From assembly GCA_021784815.1 (NCBI GenBank), contig JAJYHK010000019.1:48726-112725 (forward strand): a stretch of 64,000 bases of DNA, written 5' to 3'. Positions 23,953 to 33,824 of the stretch are shown piece by piece. The notes beneath the pieces are model-generated. The model did not search any database and had not been told where the DNA came from. It was given only the letters and a program-made list of their open reading frames with translations. A program made the translations under genes and the position numbers. Numbering within the stretch: the first letter of the stretch is position 1; each line of letters begins with the position of its first letter. The stretch is from a bacterium (GTDB taxonomy: Bacteria; Patescibacteriota; Minisyncoccia; Phycocordibacterales; Phycocordibacteraceae).

Positions 23953-24615
23953 ATGAACAAAGTCCTTCGCATCTCTCTAGCTGCTTCGTCGGCGCTCGCG
24001 CTCCTCGCGATTGCGGTACCGGCTATGGCGGCTGGGAATGTATCTGTTACCAGCACAAGCTCGTCCCACATCTCTTCCGCTACGACGGCAACGGCTTCAA
24101 CTGGCGGCAATACGGCAGGTGGCAGCTATGCCGGCAATGGTGGTGCGGGCGGTTCGGCAACGGCTAACGGCAGCGGCGGTGGAAATACCGTTGCCGGTGG
24201 CGCGGGCGCGCATGGTGGAAATGCTGCAGCGGGCGGCGCTGTGGTCTCTGGCAATGCGACAGCAAATGCCGCATCGCTCCACGTAGTAAATAGTACGGTC
24301 GTCGGCGTAACCATGACGCCATGGTCAAGCGGCACGGTGTCGGTGGGTAATCACAACACCCTTACTCTCGGTGATACAACGCAGGCACAAGCGGCGACCG
24401 GTTCTAATGCGGCCGGCGGTAGTTATGGCGGCAATGGCGGCGCTGCTGGCGGCGCCTCGTCTTTGGGTTCGGGTGGTGGCAATACCGTCACAAGTGGTAA
24501 TGCTGGTGCAGGCGGGAACGGCAATCTCGGCGGAGTGGTGCAGTCGGGGGCAGCATCAGCAATCTCGCATTCGGTGAGCATCCTCAACTCGAGCATCGTT
24601 CACATCCACCACTAA
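23953..24615 (+). CDS. Secreted Gly/Ala/Ser-rich protein with two TGxN repeats
   Basis: Signal peptide MNKVLRISLAASSALALLAIAVPAMA; two ~100-aa repeats of pattern TGxNxAGGSYxGNGG...GGGNTV...SGxA...N. Confidence 0.85.
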   Translation: MNKVLRISLAASSALALLAIAVPAMAAGNVSVTSTSSSHISSATTATASTGGNTAGGSYAGNGGAGGSATANGSGGGNTVAGGAGAHGGNAAAGGAVVSGNATANAASLHVVNSTVVGVTMTPWSSGTVSVGNHNTLTLGDTTQAQAATGSNAAGGSYGGNGGAAGGASSLGSGGGNTVTSGNAGAGGNGNLGGVVQSGAASAISHSVSILNSSIVHIHH

Positions 24616-24706
24616 CCCTGTTTCCGGCGCGCAAGGGTCGGGAACTGCGATTCCCGCCCTCGCATGAGAGCCTAAGGCGCTTGGACTCTCATAACGAGGA
24701 ACCTCT

Positions 24707-27682
24707 ATGAAGAACATCGCTCTCGCTCCTGTCTGGGCCCGCGGCATCGCGCTCGTACTCGCGCTCGCGCTCGCGACCGGGCCAGCTGGTAGTGTGCTCG
24801 CAGCGGAACATTCGGACACTTCAAGTTCAAGTACTCCGTCGACCGCATCCTCAAGTCCTCTGGCAGGCACATCTAAGCCGGAGAATACCGCTTCTTCGAC
24901 GCCGCTTACTGCCGCCGTCGTGACCGGCGGTGCCGCGGCAACCGCGCAGACGCACAATGAAGTGAATGCAGCGGTCGTCCAAACTGCAAGCGCCACGCCA
25001 TCGGCGACCGGCAACACGACTGCGGTCTCCGTAGGGGCGCCCTCGACCCTAGCGGCGTCTTCGACGGGGAACGGCGATGCGTCATCGACTTCGGACGCTG
25101 CCTCGTCGTCACCACCGTCGCTCTCGCAAGGGACGACGACCATAACGACGCAAAACATCGCAAGCACGACCGCAACGACGACCGCGCATGCGAGTACGGG
25201 GACCAACGGCGCTCAAAACGCCGACGGCAATGCGTTCGTTGCGACCGGCGATGCTTATGCATCAGCCGATGCGATCAACGTGATCAATACGAACATTATC
25301 GACTCGACCGGCCTCTTGTATTTCAAAAACCTTTTCTCATCGCTCGGCATTAACCTGGGCGATCTCGACCTTTCGTATTTCACCAGTTCATCGACTCCCG
25401 TATGCTCCGCGGGCTTGTGCGATCCGCTCTCGCTGTATGCGCAGAATGCGGCGACCGCGACGAATGCGGTTGAGGCAACCGCGCAAACGGGCGGCAACGC
25501 CGCCTCGAGCACCAAGGGCTCGTCGACTATCGATACCGGCAATGCGTATGCGTCGGGCAATGCGATTAACATCATTAACTCAAATTTCATCCGGTCGAAT
25601 TACCTGCTCATCGCGATGAACGATTTCGGGAACCTTTCGGGCGATATCGTCCTTCCGGACGCCGCCTTCTTCCAGAAATTGCTCGCGCACCGTGCCGGCA
25701 CCACAGGCGACCTTTCGCTCTCTGCAAGCAATGACGGCACGGTCGCCAACTCGACTGCGGCGGTGGCGCAGACGGGCAACAACGCCGCATCTTCGACTGC
25801 GTCGGGGAGTAGCCTCGTTTCTACGGGCGCGGCGCTCTCGAGCGCGACGAGCCTGAACCAGGTAAACGCGAATTTCGTGGGCGGCACGACGGTATTTCTG
25901 CTTTTCCGTATTTGGGGCAACTGGACCGGAACGGTGCGCGGTCTGCCGGCGGGTATGGCCTGGCAGCAAACGCCCGCCGGGCTTGAGATCACGAACGCCG
26001 AGGGCGCGCCGGTTCCGGGCACAGCGCTCGCGCCGCCCGGACCGCTCTCGGTCGACGCGACTAGTACGGCGGTGCTCACGAACCGCGTGCGCGTATATGC
26101 GCTCACGGGCAACAACCAAGCGCGGGCGGCTGACGGCACCTCCACGATAGCGACCGGCAACGCCTATGCGAGCGCGAATAGCGTCAATGTCGTCAACACC
26201 AACCTGGTCGGCCATAACTGGATCTATGCGATCTTCAACATTTTCGGCGACATGACCGGCGACATTGCCTTCGGACAGCCGGATCTCTGGGTCGGGGCCG
26301 CGGCGCAGGCAGATAACCCGACCTTGCCGGGCACGACGGTGCCGTTCACGTTCACGGTCGTCAACAGGGGAACCGCAACGGCGACGGACGTGCGGCTGAC
26401 GACGAGCTTTCTTTCCCACATGCTCCGCTTCGCGACGGGTTCCTCGACCGCGACCGCCGACACGTGGGACCTTGGCTCGCTCGCGCCAGGGCAGACCAGG
26501 GAAGTGACCGTCTCGGCGGTGACCGGGGAGGTGCCGCAAGGCGGCTCGGTCGCGGTGCCGGTGACCGCGGTAGTGTCGAGCGTTGAACATGACGCTAACC
26601 CTTCTGACAACGCCGACAGCCTCACCATCGTCGTCTCAAATCCGATCGCGCCCGGGAGCAGGGGACCGAGCTTCAGCTCCGATCCGAAGCTTTCCGTGCT
26701 GCCGCAGGTCGGCGCGCTGTCGAGCACCGCGCCCGCCGTGCTCTCGTACGCCGCGCTCGTTGCGAACAATGGCGGGACTGCCTTTGATGCCGTCGCCACC
26801 GACGTCATCCGTAACGCCAAGGGCGCGGTCGTGAGCCGTCAATCCTGGAACCTCGGCAACCTCGCGTATAACGACGAGCTTCGGATAGCGTATAAGGCGG
26901 CCTTTGCGTCGACGACCGAGCTTGGGCAGTACACGAACGTCATGACGGTCACCGGACACATGCATTATCCGGACGGTCTCGGGTCGGTGCCGTTTGCACC
27001 GGTATCGGCGACCACCACAATGACGATCCTTCCACCGCTCCAGGCACCGGTCGCGACCGTGCAGGCGCAGTCGTGCGCGCCGTATCTCACCGCGTACCTT
27101 ACGCCGGGCGGCGCGAATGATCCGGCGCAGGTGCGGAAACTGCAGTCGTTCTTGATCGGCGAGAGACTCGGTAACGGCGCCTTGGTAACGGGCGCCTTCG
27201 ATGCGGCAACTGCGGCCGCGGTGAAGCGCTTCCAAACAAAATACGCAGCGAACGTGCTCGAGCCTTGGGGCTACCGTAAGCCGACCGGAGACGTATACTA
27301 CACGACCGAGCTCCAGATCAACGCGCTTGCCTGCGCGGGAAAGGGTACGTTCGCACTCACTCAAGCGCAGCGGGAAGAGATCGATGCGACGCGGACGATC
27401 ATCGCGCAGCTGCGCGCACAAGCGGCGCTCGCAGAAGCTGCTCCTGCTCCGGTGTCTTCAGGTGGGGTCTCGGCAGGCGCTGTGCCCGTGCACACGGTCT
27501 CTGCTAAGGAGCCAGCCGCGTCGAGTCCCGATCTGGCACTCCCGCCGGGGATGGAGGTGGGTGTCAGCACGACGTCGCCGCGCGCGTCTTGGTTCGCAGG
27601 TCTGACGCGGACCCCGTCAATCGTCGCCGCGTCGGTCGCAAATGCATACCGTGCGCTCCTCTCTACCTTCGGTATGCATTAA
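24707..27682 (+). CDS. Large secreted protein: TGxN repeats, DUF11-like Ig domains and a peptidoglycan-binding domain
   Basis: Signal peptide; four TGxN...TGxA..S...N..NxN repeats; FTFTVVNRGTATATDV..WDLGSLAPG..DANPSDN; NDPAQVRKLQSFL...GAFDAATAAAVKRFQ. Confidence 0.88.
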   Translation: MKNIALAPVWARGIALVLALALATGPAGSVLAAEHSDTSSSSTPSTASSSPLAGTSKPENTASSTPLTAAVVTGGAAATAQTHNEVNAAVVQTASATPSATGNTTAVSVGAPSTLAASSTGNGDASSTSDAASSSPPSLSQGTTTITTQNIASTTATTTAHASTGTNGAQNADGNAFVATGDAYASADAINVINTNIIDSTGLLYFKNLFSSLGINLGDLDLSYFTSSSTPVCSAGLCDPLSLYAQNAATATNAVEATAQTGGNAASSTKGSSTIDTGNAYASGNAINIINSNFIRSNYLLIAMNDFGNLSGDIVLPDAAFFQKLLAHRAGTTGDLSLSASNDGTVANSTAAVAQTGNNAASSTASGSSLVSTGAALSSATSLNQVNANFVGGTTVFLLFRIWGNWTGTVRGLPAGMAWQQTPAGLEITNAEGAPVPGTALAPPGPLSVDATSTAVLTNRVRVYALTGNNQARAADGTSTIATGNAYASANSVNVVNTNLVGHNWIYAIFNIFGDMTGDIAFGQPDLWVGAAAQADNPTLPGTTVPFTFTVVNRGTATATDVRLTTSFLSHMLRFATGSSTATADTWDLGSLAPGQTREVTVSAVTGEVPQGGSVAVPVTAVVSSVEHDANPSDNADSLTIVVSNPIAPGSRGPSFSSDPKLSVLPQVGALSSTAPAVLSYAALVANNGGTAFDAVATDVIRNAKGAVVSRQSWNLGNLAYNDELRIAYKAAFASTTELGQYTNVMTVTGHMHYPDGLGSVPFAPVSATTTMTILPPLQAPVATVQAQSCAPYLTAYLTPGGANDPAQVRKLQSFLIGERLGNGALVTGAFDAATAAAVKRFQTKYAANVLEPWGYRKPTGDVYYTTELQINALACAGKGTFALTQAQREEIDATRTIIAQLRAQAALAEAAPAPVSSGGVSAGAVPVHTVSAKEPAASSPDLALPPGMEVGVSTTSPRASWFAGLTRTPSIVAASVANAYRALLSTFGMH

Positions 27683-27703
27683 CAGCCCTAACGTTCTGCG
27701 CTT

Positions 27704-28363
27704 ATGACTTCACCTCCCTCGTCAGTGCGTGTATCGCGATTTCGGTCGCGCCCGTTCCTGCTCGTCTCGCTCATGGTGGCGCTCCCGAGTATGCCGTCGC
27801 TGCCGGTGCCTCCCGCGTTTGGCGATGTCCAATCCTTTCAGGCGAGTTCACTCCAGGATAAGGTCGCTCACCTTATGGGTACAGAAGCGGCGCGATTGAG
27901 GGCAGCGGCCGATGCGCAACCTCCCGTTGAGTCGCTGCAGTCTAGTGTCTCCGTCGCCGCTTCGGCAGATACGGGCGGTATGACGGTCACGAGCGGATCT
28001 GCAGGCTCAGGAGGTGCGTCCGCCTCCTCGCAAAGCACTGTCATAAGTAATGGCTTGGGCACAACAATCGACACGAAAGTGCAAACCGAATCAAATGGGG
28101 TAACAAAATCGGAGACACGGCACGTCACGGTCCCGAGCGGTTCCGCTGCGCGCGTCTATGCTGCGACAAGCACGGACGCTGCCCGATCGGCAGCATCCGT
28201 TGAGTATGTCGGTTCTGGCACCGGCAATGGCAACCGTGCCATCTCGCATGTCGATGGATCACTTGGTCCGCCACCGGCGGCGACCGTGACGCCGCCCTCA
28301 GTGCCGGCCGGATTCTTCGATCGGTTCTTTCAGCGCGCTACCCGGTGGTTTACCTTTTGGTAG
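27704..28363 (+). CDS. Putative secreted Ser/Thr-rich hypothetical protein
   Basis: Hydrophobic N-terminal segment; amphipathic C-terminus GFFDRFFQRATRWFTFW; co-oriented with the two upstream genes. Confidence 0.6.
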   Translation: MTSPPSSVRVSRFRSRPFLLVSLMVALPSMPSLPVPPAFGDVQSFQASSLQDKVAHLMGTEAARLRAAADAQPPVESLQSSVSVAASADTGGMTVTSGSAGSGGASASSQSTVISNGLGTTIDTKVQTESNGVTKSETRHVTVPSGSAARVYAATSTDAARSAASVEYVGSGTGNGNRAISHVDGSLGPPPAATVTPPSVPAGFFDRFFQRATRWFTFW

Positions 28364-28819
28364 CTAGTGTGCAGCGGCAGAGGAACTGGTGCCGAATCGC
28401 CCGAGGCCTGCGGGGCGCAGTTGGATAAGATCGGCGGAGAGCGACCCGTCGCTATTGCTGGTGCCTGAGACAAGTACGTTTGAGCCGCTCGTAACGTCGC
28501 TCAGACTGCCCGTGACGCTTTTCGATACCGTGGTGTTCGGCGTAACCAGCACGAGACGCGAGCTGCCGTCCGGCATCTTGATGGTTACGTCTTGGCCCGC
28601 GACCGACACAACCGTACCAGTGAGCACGTTGCCGCTGTTTGTACCGTTTGTACCAGCGGCCCCTCGAGTAAAGCCGCCGCGCCCGAACTGGCCGACTGCT
28701 CCTGTGCGGCCAGCAAAGCCAGTGGGCGCTTTGGCTGCGGCGCTGTGCGGAACGACGTAGCCGATAACGCCTCCAATAATGAGTGCGACTACTGCGATTC
28801 CAATAGTTTTCGATTGCAT
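28364..28819 (-). CDS. Membrane-anchored OB-fold (DUF5666-like) protein
   Basis: N-terminal TM; LTGTVVSVAGQDVTI...LSDVTSGSNVLVSGTSNSDGSLSADLIQ. Confidence 0.75.
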   Translation of the reverse strand: MQSKTIGIAVVALIIGGVIGYVVPHSAAAKAPTGFAGRTGAVGQFGRGGFTRGAAGTNGTNSGNVLTGTVVSVAGQDVTIKMPDGSSRLVLVTPNTTVSKSVTGSLSDVTSGSNVLVSGTSNSDGSLSADLIQLRPAGLGRFGTSSSAAAH

Positions 28820-28855
28820 AGACCTTGTTAGGTTATAAAAGCGCCCGATGCGTGG

Positions 28856-30091
28856 TTACTCATACCGAAGCGCATCGATGGGATTAAGATTGGACGCTCT
28901 TCGTGCGGGGTACCACCCGAAGACAATCCCGATGCCGGCCGAGACGCCGAAGGCGAGCAGGACTGACGATCCTGTTACTTGTGCCGCCATGATGCCAGTA
29001 GCGGTCACCAGATCGGCAATTGCCCAGCCAAGCGCGACGCCAAGCGCGCCGCCCACGAAGGTGAGCGCAACCGCCTCGGCGAGGAACTGCATATTAATGT
29101 CCTTCCGCGTTGCGCCAATGGCCTTGCGTAGGCCAATTTCGCGCATGCGCTCGGTAACGGTGGTAAGCATCATATTCATAATACCGATACCGCCGACCAC
29201 GAGCGAGATGCCGGCAATGGCCGCAAGCAGCGTGGTGAAGGTGCCCGTGACGCTACTCACGGCCGAGACGAGCTGCTGCTGGTTCAAGATACTGAAGTCA
29301 GCCTTGGTGGGATCACTAATGCCATGGCGCTGTAGTAGGAGGTTGGTGACGTCGCTCTGCACCTGGGTCATGGACTGCTGGGTCGCCGCTTCGATATCGA
29401 TGGTCGAGAGGTACTGATTGCCGTTCCCGGCGAAGTACTGCAGCGCCGTGGTGAGTGGTATGAATATGCTGTCGTCTTGGCTCCCGAAGCCTGACCCGCC
29501 CTTGGTCGCCATCACGCCGGTGATGGTGAACTGCATGTTGTTGATGCGGATTGCTTTGCCGATGAGGTTCGTGGAGGTAGCATCCGCGCCGAAGAGGTCG
29601 GTGGCGACGGTGGAGCCAATGACCGCGACTTTGGAGAGTGAAGAGGATTGGCTCGCGGTAATGAACGAGCCCTCATTCATGTCGATGTTACGGATCTGCG
29701 CATAGCTCGGATCGACGCCATCGACCGTCGTGTTGGTGTTTGCGGCGGCAATCGAGACCTGGTACCGACTGGAGTATTCGCCCGACACCGCGGCCACGTT
29801 TTGCACTTGCGCGACCGCATTTTCATCAGCAACCGTAAGGGACGGTGCGGTGCCGCGGCCGCCTGAGGCGCCAAACCCGATTTGGCGCGCTGCGCCTGGG
29901 GTTACGACGAGCAAGTTTGCACCGAGCGAGTTAATTGAACTCGAGACTGAATTTTGTGTGCCTTGGCCGATCGCCATAAGCGCAATGACTGAGGCAATGC
30001 CGATGACGATGCCGAGCACGGTGAGTCCTGAACGCGCCTTGTTTGCCGAGAGCGCGAGATACGTCTCTTGCGCCAGGTCTTGTGATCTCAT
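28856..30091 (-). CDS. MacB/FtsX-family ABC permease
   Basis: NKARSGLTVLGIVIGIASV, GGIGIMNMMLTTVTERMREIGLRKAIGA, PIDALRYE. Confidence 0.95.
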   Translation of the reverse strand: MRSQDLAQETYLALSANKARSGLTVLGIVIGIASVIALMAIGQGTQNSVSSSINSLGANLLVVTPGAARQIGFGASGGRGTAPSLTVADENAVAQVQNVAAVSGEYSSRYQVSIAAANTNTTVDGVDPSYAQIRNIDMNEGSFITASQSSSLSKVAVIGSTVATDLFGADATSTNLIGKAIRINNMQFTITGVMATKGGSGFGSQDDSIFIPLTTALQYFAGNGNQYLSTIDIEAATQQSMTQVQSDVTNLLLQRHGISDPTKADFSILNQQQLVSAVSSVTGTFTTLLAAIAGISLVVGGIGIMNMMLTTVTERMREIGLRKAIGATRKDINMQFLAEAVALTFVGGALGVALGWAIADLVTATGIMAAQVTGSSVLLAFGVSAGIGIVFGWYPARRASNLNPIDALRYE

Positions 30092-30843
30092 ACCGAAAGA
30101 GTCGCCGGGCCGGGCTGTCCAGCGTCGTAAAGCCGGGTTTCTTCTGTCGCGTCGCGCGGATGTGCGTTGCGTTCATCGGAGACGATGCGGCCGTCCATAA
30201 TGCGGATGATACGGTCGGCATGCCTGGCAACGTCCGGCTCATGGGTGATGAGCACGATCGTGCGGTGGAATTCGCGGTTGAGCTTCTGCATCGTACCGAG
30301 GACGACGAGCGAAGTGCGGCTATCGAGGTTGCCGGTCGGTTCGTCGGCGAGGATGAGCGAGGGGTTGTTCACGAGGGCCCGGGCAATGGCGACGCGCTGG
30401 ATCTGTCCGCCCGAGATTTGATTTGAGAGGTGGTCGAAGTATTCCTCAGAGAGGCCGGCGGAAAGGAGCGCCTGTTTCGCGCGCTCTTCGCGCTCAGGAC
30501 TCGGGACGTTTGCGTAGACGAGCGGCAGGACGACATTGCGTAGCACGGTCGTACGGCTCAGGAGGTTGAACGATTGGAACACGAAGCCGATTTTGTCTTT
30601 GCGCACCGCAGCAAGCTCGTCGTCGGTCATCTGGGAAACATCTTTGCCGTCGAGAAGATACGTGCCGCTTGTGGGTGTGTCGAGGCAGCCGAGGATGTGC
30701 ATGAGCGTCGACTTGCCTGAACCTGAGGGGCCCATGATTGCCGCAAACTCGCCTTCGTTAACCTTAAAGCTCACCCCACGCAGCGCGGTATAAGCGCTAT
30801 CGCCAGAACCATACGTCTTCGTGATGTCCTTGATCTCAATCAT
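30088..30843 (-). CDS. MacB/LolD-type ABC ATP-binding protein
   Basis: GPSGSGKST, ISGGQIQRVAIARAL, LADEPTGNLD. Confidence 0.96.
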   Translation of the reverse strand: MIEIKDITKTYGSGDSAYTALRGVSFKVNEGEFAAIMGPSGSGKSTLMHILGCLDTPTSGTYLLDGKDVSQMTDDELAAVRKDKIGFVFQSFNLLSRTTVLRNVVLPLVYANVPSPEREERAKQALLSAGLSEEYFDHLSNQISGGQIQRVAIARALVNNPSLILADEPTGNLDSRTSLVVLGTMQKLNREFHRTIVLITHEPDVARHADRIIRIMDGRIVSDERNAHPRDATEETRLYDAGQPGPATLSV

Positions 30844-30862
30844 GGGTAAAGGTCGATGAACA

Positions 30863-32641
30863 CTAGCCGCCGAGCACACGAAAGGCACCTGGACGACCGC
30901 CACCGAATGCGGGTGCGCTTGCGGTTGTGCCCGTAGACGGTGTGCTAGCGACTGTGCGGGTCACCACCTGGGCGCCCGCAGAGAGACCGCTCGCGATGAT
31001 AGTCTGCGTGTTGTCGGAGAGGCCGGTCACTACCTGCACGTCTTGTGGTGCCGTTGCCGAGGGTGCGCCCGTTGCGCTTTCACTGCCCGCAAGCGGGGGA
31101 CTGAAGACCTGCACGTAGCTTGTGTTGCCGTTGGTCTTCACGGCGCTTGCCGGCACGACGAGGCCCGTCTGGATGCCGGTGATAATGTTGGCGGTCACGC
31201 TCATGCCCGGCTTCACCTGCGGGTTGTCGGTGTTGAAGGCGATCGTCGCGCTGTACGAGACCACGCCCTGGGTGACCGTGCCGACCTCGTTTATGGAAGC
31301 GACGGTGCCCACAATGGTGAGGTTGGGGAGGGCGTCGAAGGTAAGCGTTGCTTTTTGGCCGACCTCGAGCTTGCTCGCGTCGACCTCGTTGACAGTGATA
31401 TCGGCGGTCTCCTTGCTGGTGACTAGAGTGGCGACCTGTGTGCTTGGGCTCGCCTGGTCGTACTTCTGTACGCCGACGTTCGCGATCGTGCCGGCGAACG
31501 GTGCGGTGATCGTGTAGTTGGCAAGTGTCTGCTCGGCGGTGGTGACTGTCTGCTGCGCTTGCTTCAGGCTGAGCTCTGCCTGCTTGACGGTGAGTGTGTT
31601 GGCGCCGCCCCGCTGCACCTGGAGCGCGTTTTGTGCCTGGGCAAGCGTCTGCTCAGCCGAGACGATGTTGCTCGTGGCGGAGAGCGCGTTCGCAAGGTCG
31701 GTCGAGACCGTGGTCGTGTAGGTGTTGGTGTTCGCGAGTAGGGTGTTCAGCTCGGAAGATGTCCCCAGGTTGTAGAGCGTATAGTCGCTGCTCACGCGGT
31801 TAAAGAAGTCGTGGGCTGCACGAACAGCCTGTGCCACCGTTTGCACTGCGTTGTAGGTATTCTGAGCAAGCGTTTGGAGATCGGCGTTGGAAATATTGTC
31901 ATTAGTTGCCTGGTAGCTGGCGACCGCATTTTGGTAGGCAGTGTAGGCCGCGGTGTACGCGGTCTGGGCGCTGTTCGCATAGACGTTAATGCTGTCATCG
32001 TGGCTGCTCACAAGGTTCGTGTACGCGTCGATGTTCTCCTGGTTCGGGCGGCTGGTGACGTTTGAGTCGTGCAGCGCGTTGTCGAGCCCTGTCACGATAG
32101 TTGAGAGGTCGGTGTAGATACCGGCAATGGAGGTGTAGGCGTCGTCGTGCGCTTTGGTGAGCGCAATCTGCGCGTTCGTTGCCGCGCTCTGGGCGTTCAC
32201 GAGATTGAGCTGGAGGGTCGAGGTCGCGGTGTCCTGCTCATAGGTGAGCTGGGCGGTCTCGAGCGCGAGCTTCGCGTTTTGGAGCGCTTGCGCGGCGGTG
32301 GTGTCATCGAGCTGCGCAACGACCTGGCCGGCATAGACGTACTCGCCCGGCGTTACATATACGCCCACGACCTGGCCCGATGCCTGGGGAGAGAGCGTGA
32401 GCTGCTGGGAGGCGCTCACCTGGCCGGTCTCGGTAAGCGTTGCGACCACGGTACCGGTTGCCACGGTGGTTGTAACGTAGCGCGTCTCTGCTGGCTTCGC
32501 GGTTGCCGCCGCATATGCGCGATACCCGCCATAGACCGCAAGCATCAGAATAACGAACGTCCATACTTTATGAGCGCTCGCAAACGTGCGCGATTTGCGC
32601 CAGAGCGTTGCCGGGTTTTGGCGTAAAGAAGGAGAGTCCAT
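30863..32641 (-). CDS. MacA/HlyD-family periplasmic adaptor with long helical hairpin
   Basis: N-terminal TM, SGQVVGVYVTPGEYV, ITAPFAGTI, VNEVDASKLEVGQ, VKPGMSV. Confidence 0.9.
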   Translation of the reverse strand: MDSPSLRQNPATLWRKSRTFASAHKVWTFVILMLAVYGGYRAYAAATAKPAETRYVTTTVATGTVVATLTETGQVSASQQLTLSPQASGQVVGVYVTPGEYVYAGQVVAQLDDTTAAQALQNAKLALETAQLTYEQDTATSTLQLNLVNAQSAATNAQIALTKAHDDAYTSIAGIYTDLSTIVTGLDNALHDSNVTSRPNQENIDAYTNLVSSHDDSINVYANSAQTAYTAAYTAYQNAVASYQATNDNISNADLQTLAQNTYNAVQTVAQAVRAAHDFFNRVSSDYTLYNLGTSSELNTLLANTNTYTTTVSTDLANALSATSNIVSAEQTLAQAQNALQVQRGGANTLTVKQAELSLKQAQQTVTTAEQTLANYTITAPFAGTIANVGVQKYDQASPSTQVATLVTSKETADITVNEVDASKLEVGQKATLTFDALPNLTIVGTVASINEVGTVTQGVVSYSATIAFNTDNPQVKPGMSVTANIITGIQTGLVVPASAVKTNGNTSYVQVFSPPLAGSESATGAPSATAPQDVQVVTGLSDNTQTIIASGLSAGAQVVTRTVASTPSTGTTASAPAFGGGRPGAFRVLGG

Positions 32642-32843
32642 TGAGGGCGAGAAAGCTAACAAATAAGCAGGGAAATTGCCCCCGTGGCATGCCGTGGCTA
32701 GGCGGCCTGTCGACTATAATACGCTCGTCTGCCGCATTTGTTCATGATTTACCTTGTCGTTGTATACAACGGGCAGGCATAGGGAAACACGCGCGGTACC
32801 TAGAAGGTGCCGCGCGTGTTTCCCTATGCGTTTCACTGGACCG

Positions 32844-33611
32844 CTATATGAACCCGAACAAGCGGGTAAAGAATCCGCCAATCGCCCCGAAGAAACCGCG
32901 CCGCGGCGGGGTACCGGCGCTTCCTTTTGCGCCCGCCGGGGCCTGGTCGAGGATGGAGGACGCAGTTACGGAAGCGCCGTTTACTGCGCCCTGCACGACG
33001 ACCGCGTCGCCGACTGAGACGTTTGCGAGCGTTGCGTTCGTCACGTCGCGCTTCACGACTTTAGCGTTTACCGCATTTACGGTGTAGGTCTGGCCCGCTT
33101 TTGCAGTAACCATAAGCGTCGAGCTGCTTACTGCAGAGACGGTGCCGCCGATGACGGGGTCGCCGTTGCCTTGAATCGGGAATGCGGTGGACATCGCTGC
33201 CGCGCCTTTTCCTCGAGCGTCATGCCAGATGTCCGGGCCCTTTTTGACGTCGCGGATGTTCGTTGCCGCGACGCTTGTGCCGCTCATCGTGCCGCGTACG
33301 ACAACAAAATCGCCAATCGCAATTTGGGCAAATGATGATGTTTTTCCGTCCTTCACAACCACCGCGCCCGAAGCGTTTACCGTATAAGCCGTCATCGGCG
33401 CAGTGGTCGAGCTTTTGAGTTCATGGCGCCATCCGTGGGTCGTTACCATCAGTATGTCGCCTGAAACGGACGTAACTTTACCGGACACCACCGGCCGTCC
33501 CGTTATGTCCGGGCCGGCCGCAAAGGCCGGGGTCGCCGCAAATGCTAGCGTGCCGAAGAGCACGGAGCCGACCGTAAACGCGGGGAGGAACCGTTTTATA
33601 AAGGTTTGCAT
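32844..33611 (-). CDS. Secreted protein with two DUF5666-like OB repeats
   Basis: Signal peptide; two repeats of G.V..VS....YTVNA..A....IGD.VVV.G...G.SV.A. Confidence 0.78.
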   Translation of the reverse strand: MQTFIKRFLPAFTVGSVLFGTLAFAATPAFAAGPDITGRPVVSGKVTSVSGDILMVTTHGWRHELKSSTTAPMTAYTVNASGAVVVKDGKTSSFAQIAIGDFVVVRGTMSGTSVAATNIRDVKKGPDIWHDARGKGAAAMSTAFPIQGNGDPVIGGTVSAVSSSTLMVTAKAGQTYTVNAVNAKVVKRDVTNATLANVSVGDAVVVQGAVNGASVTASSILDQAPAGAKGSAGTPPRRGFFGAIGGFFTRLFGFI

Positions 33612-33824
33612 ACGTTTTGGCAAGGATTAACGCGAGCATTGTTTAGTACGCAGCCACCGTTTTTTTGTTGCTGAAACTGAAAAGAGTACCAACCCGGGCC
33701 TTGAGGGAGTACTCGCTGACTTGTCGCGCAACCACACCGGCATGCGCGTCGGTAATGCTCGGCAGCGATCATAGCCGCGCGTACATGCAAAAGCGATGAC
33801 TGCATTCGCAAGAGGCGCGCGCTT

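Noticed and set aside
23108-33682. 13-mer GCTGAAACTGAAA in the leaders of two minus-strand genes (23108-23120 and 33670-33682)
   Set aside because: Only two copies at different spacings from the starts. A 13-mer pair is plausible by chance, so it cannot be supported as a binding site.
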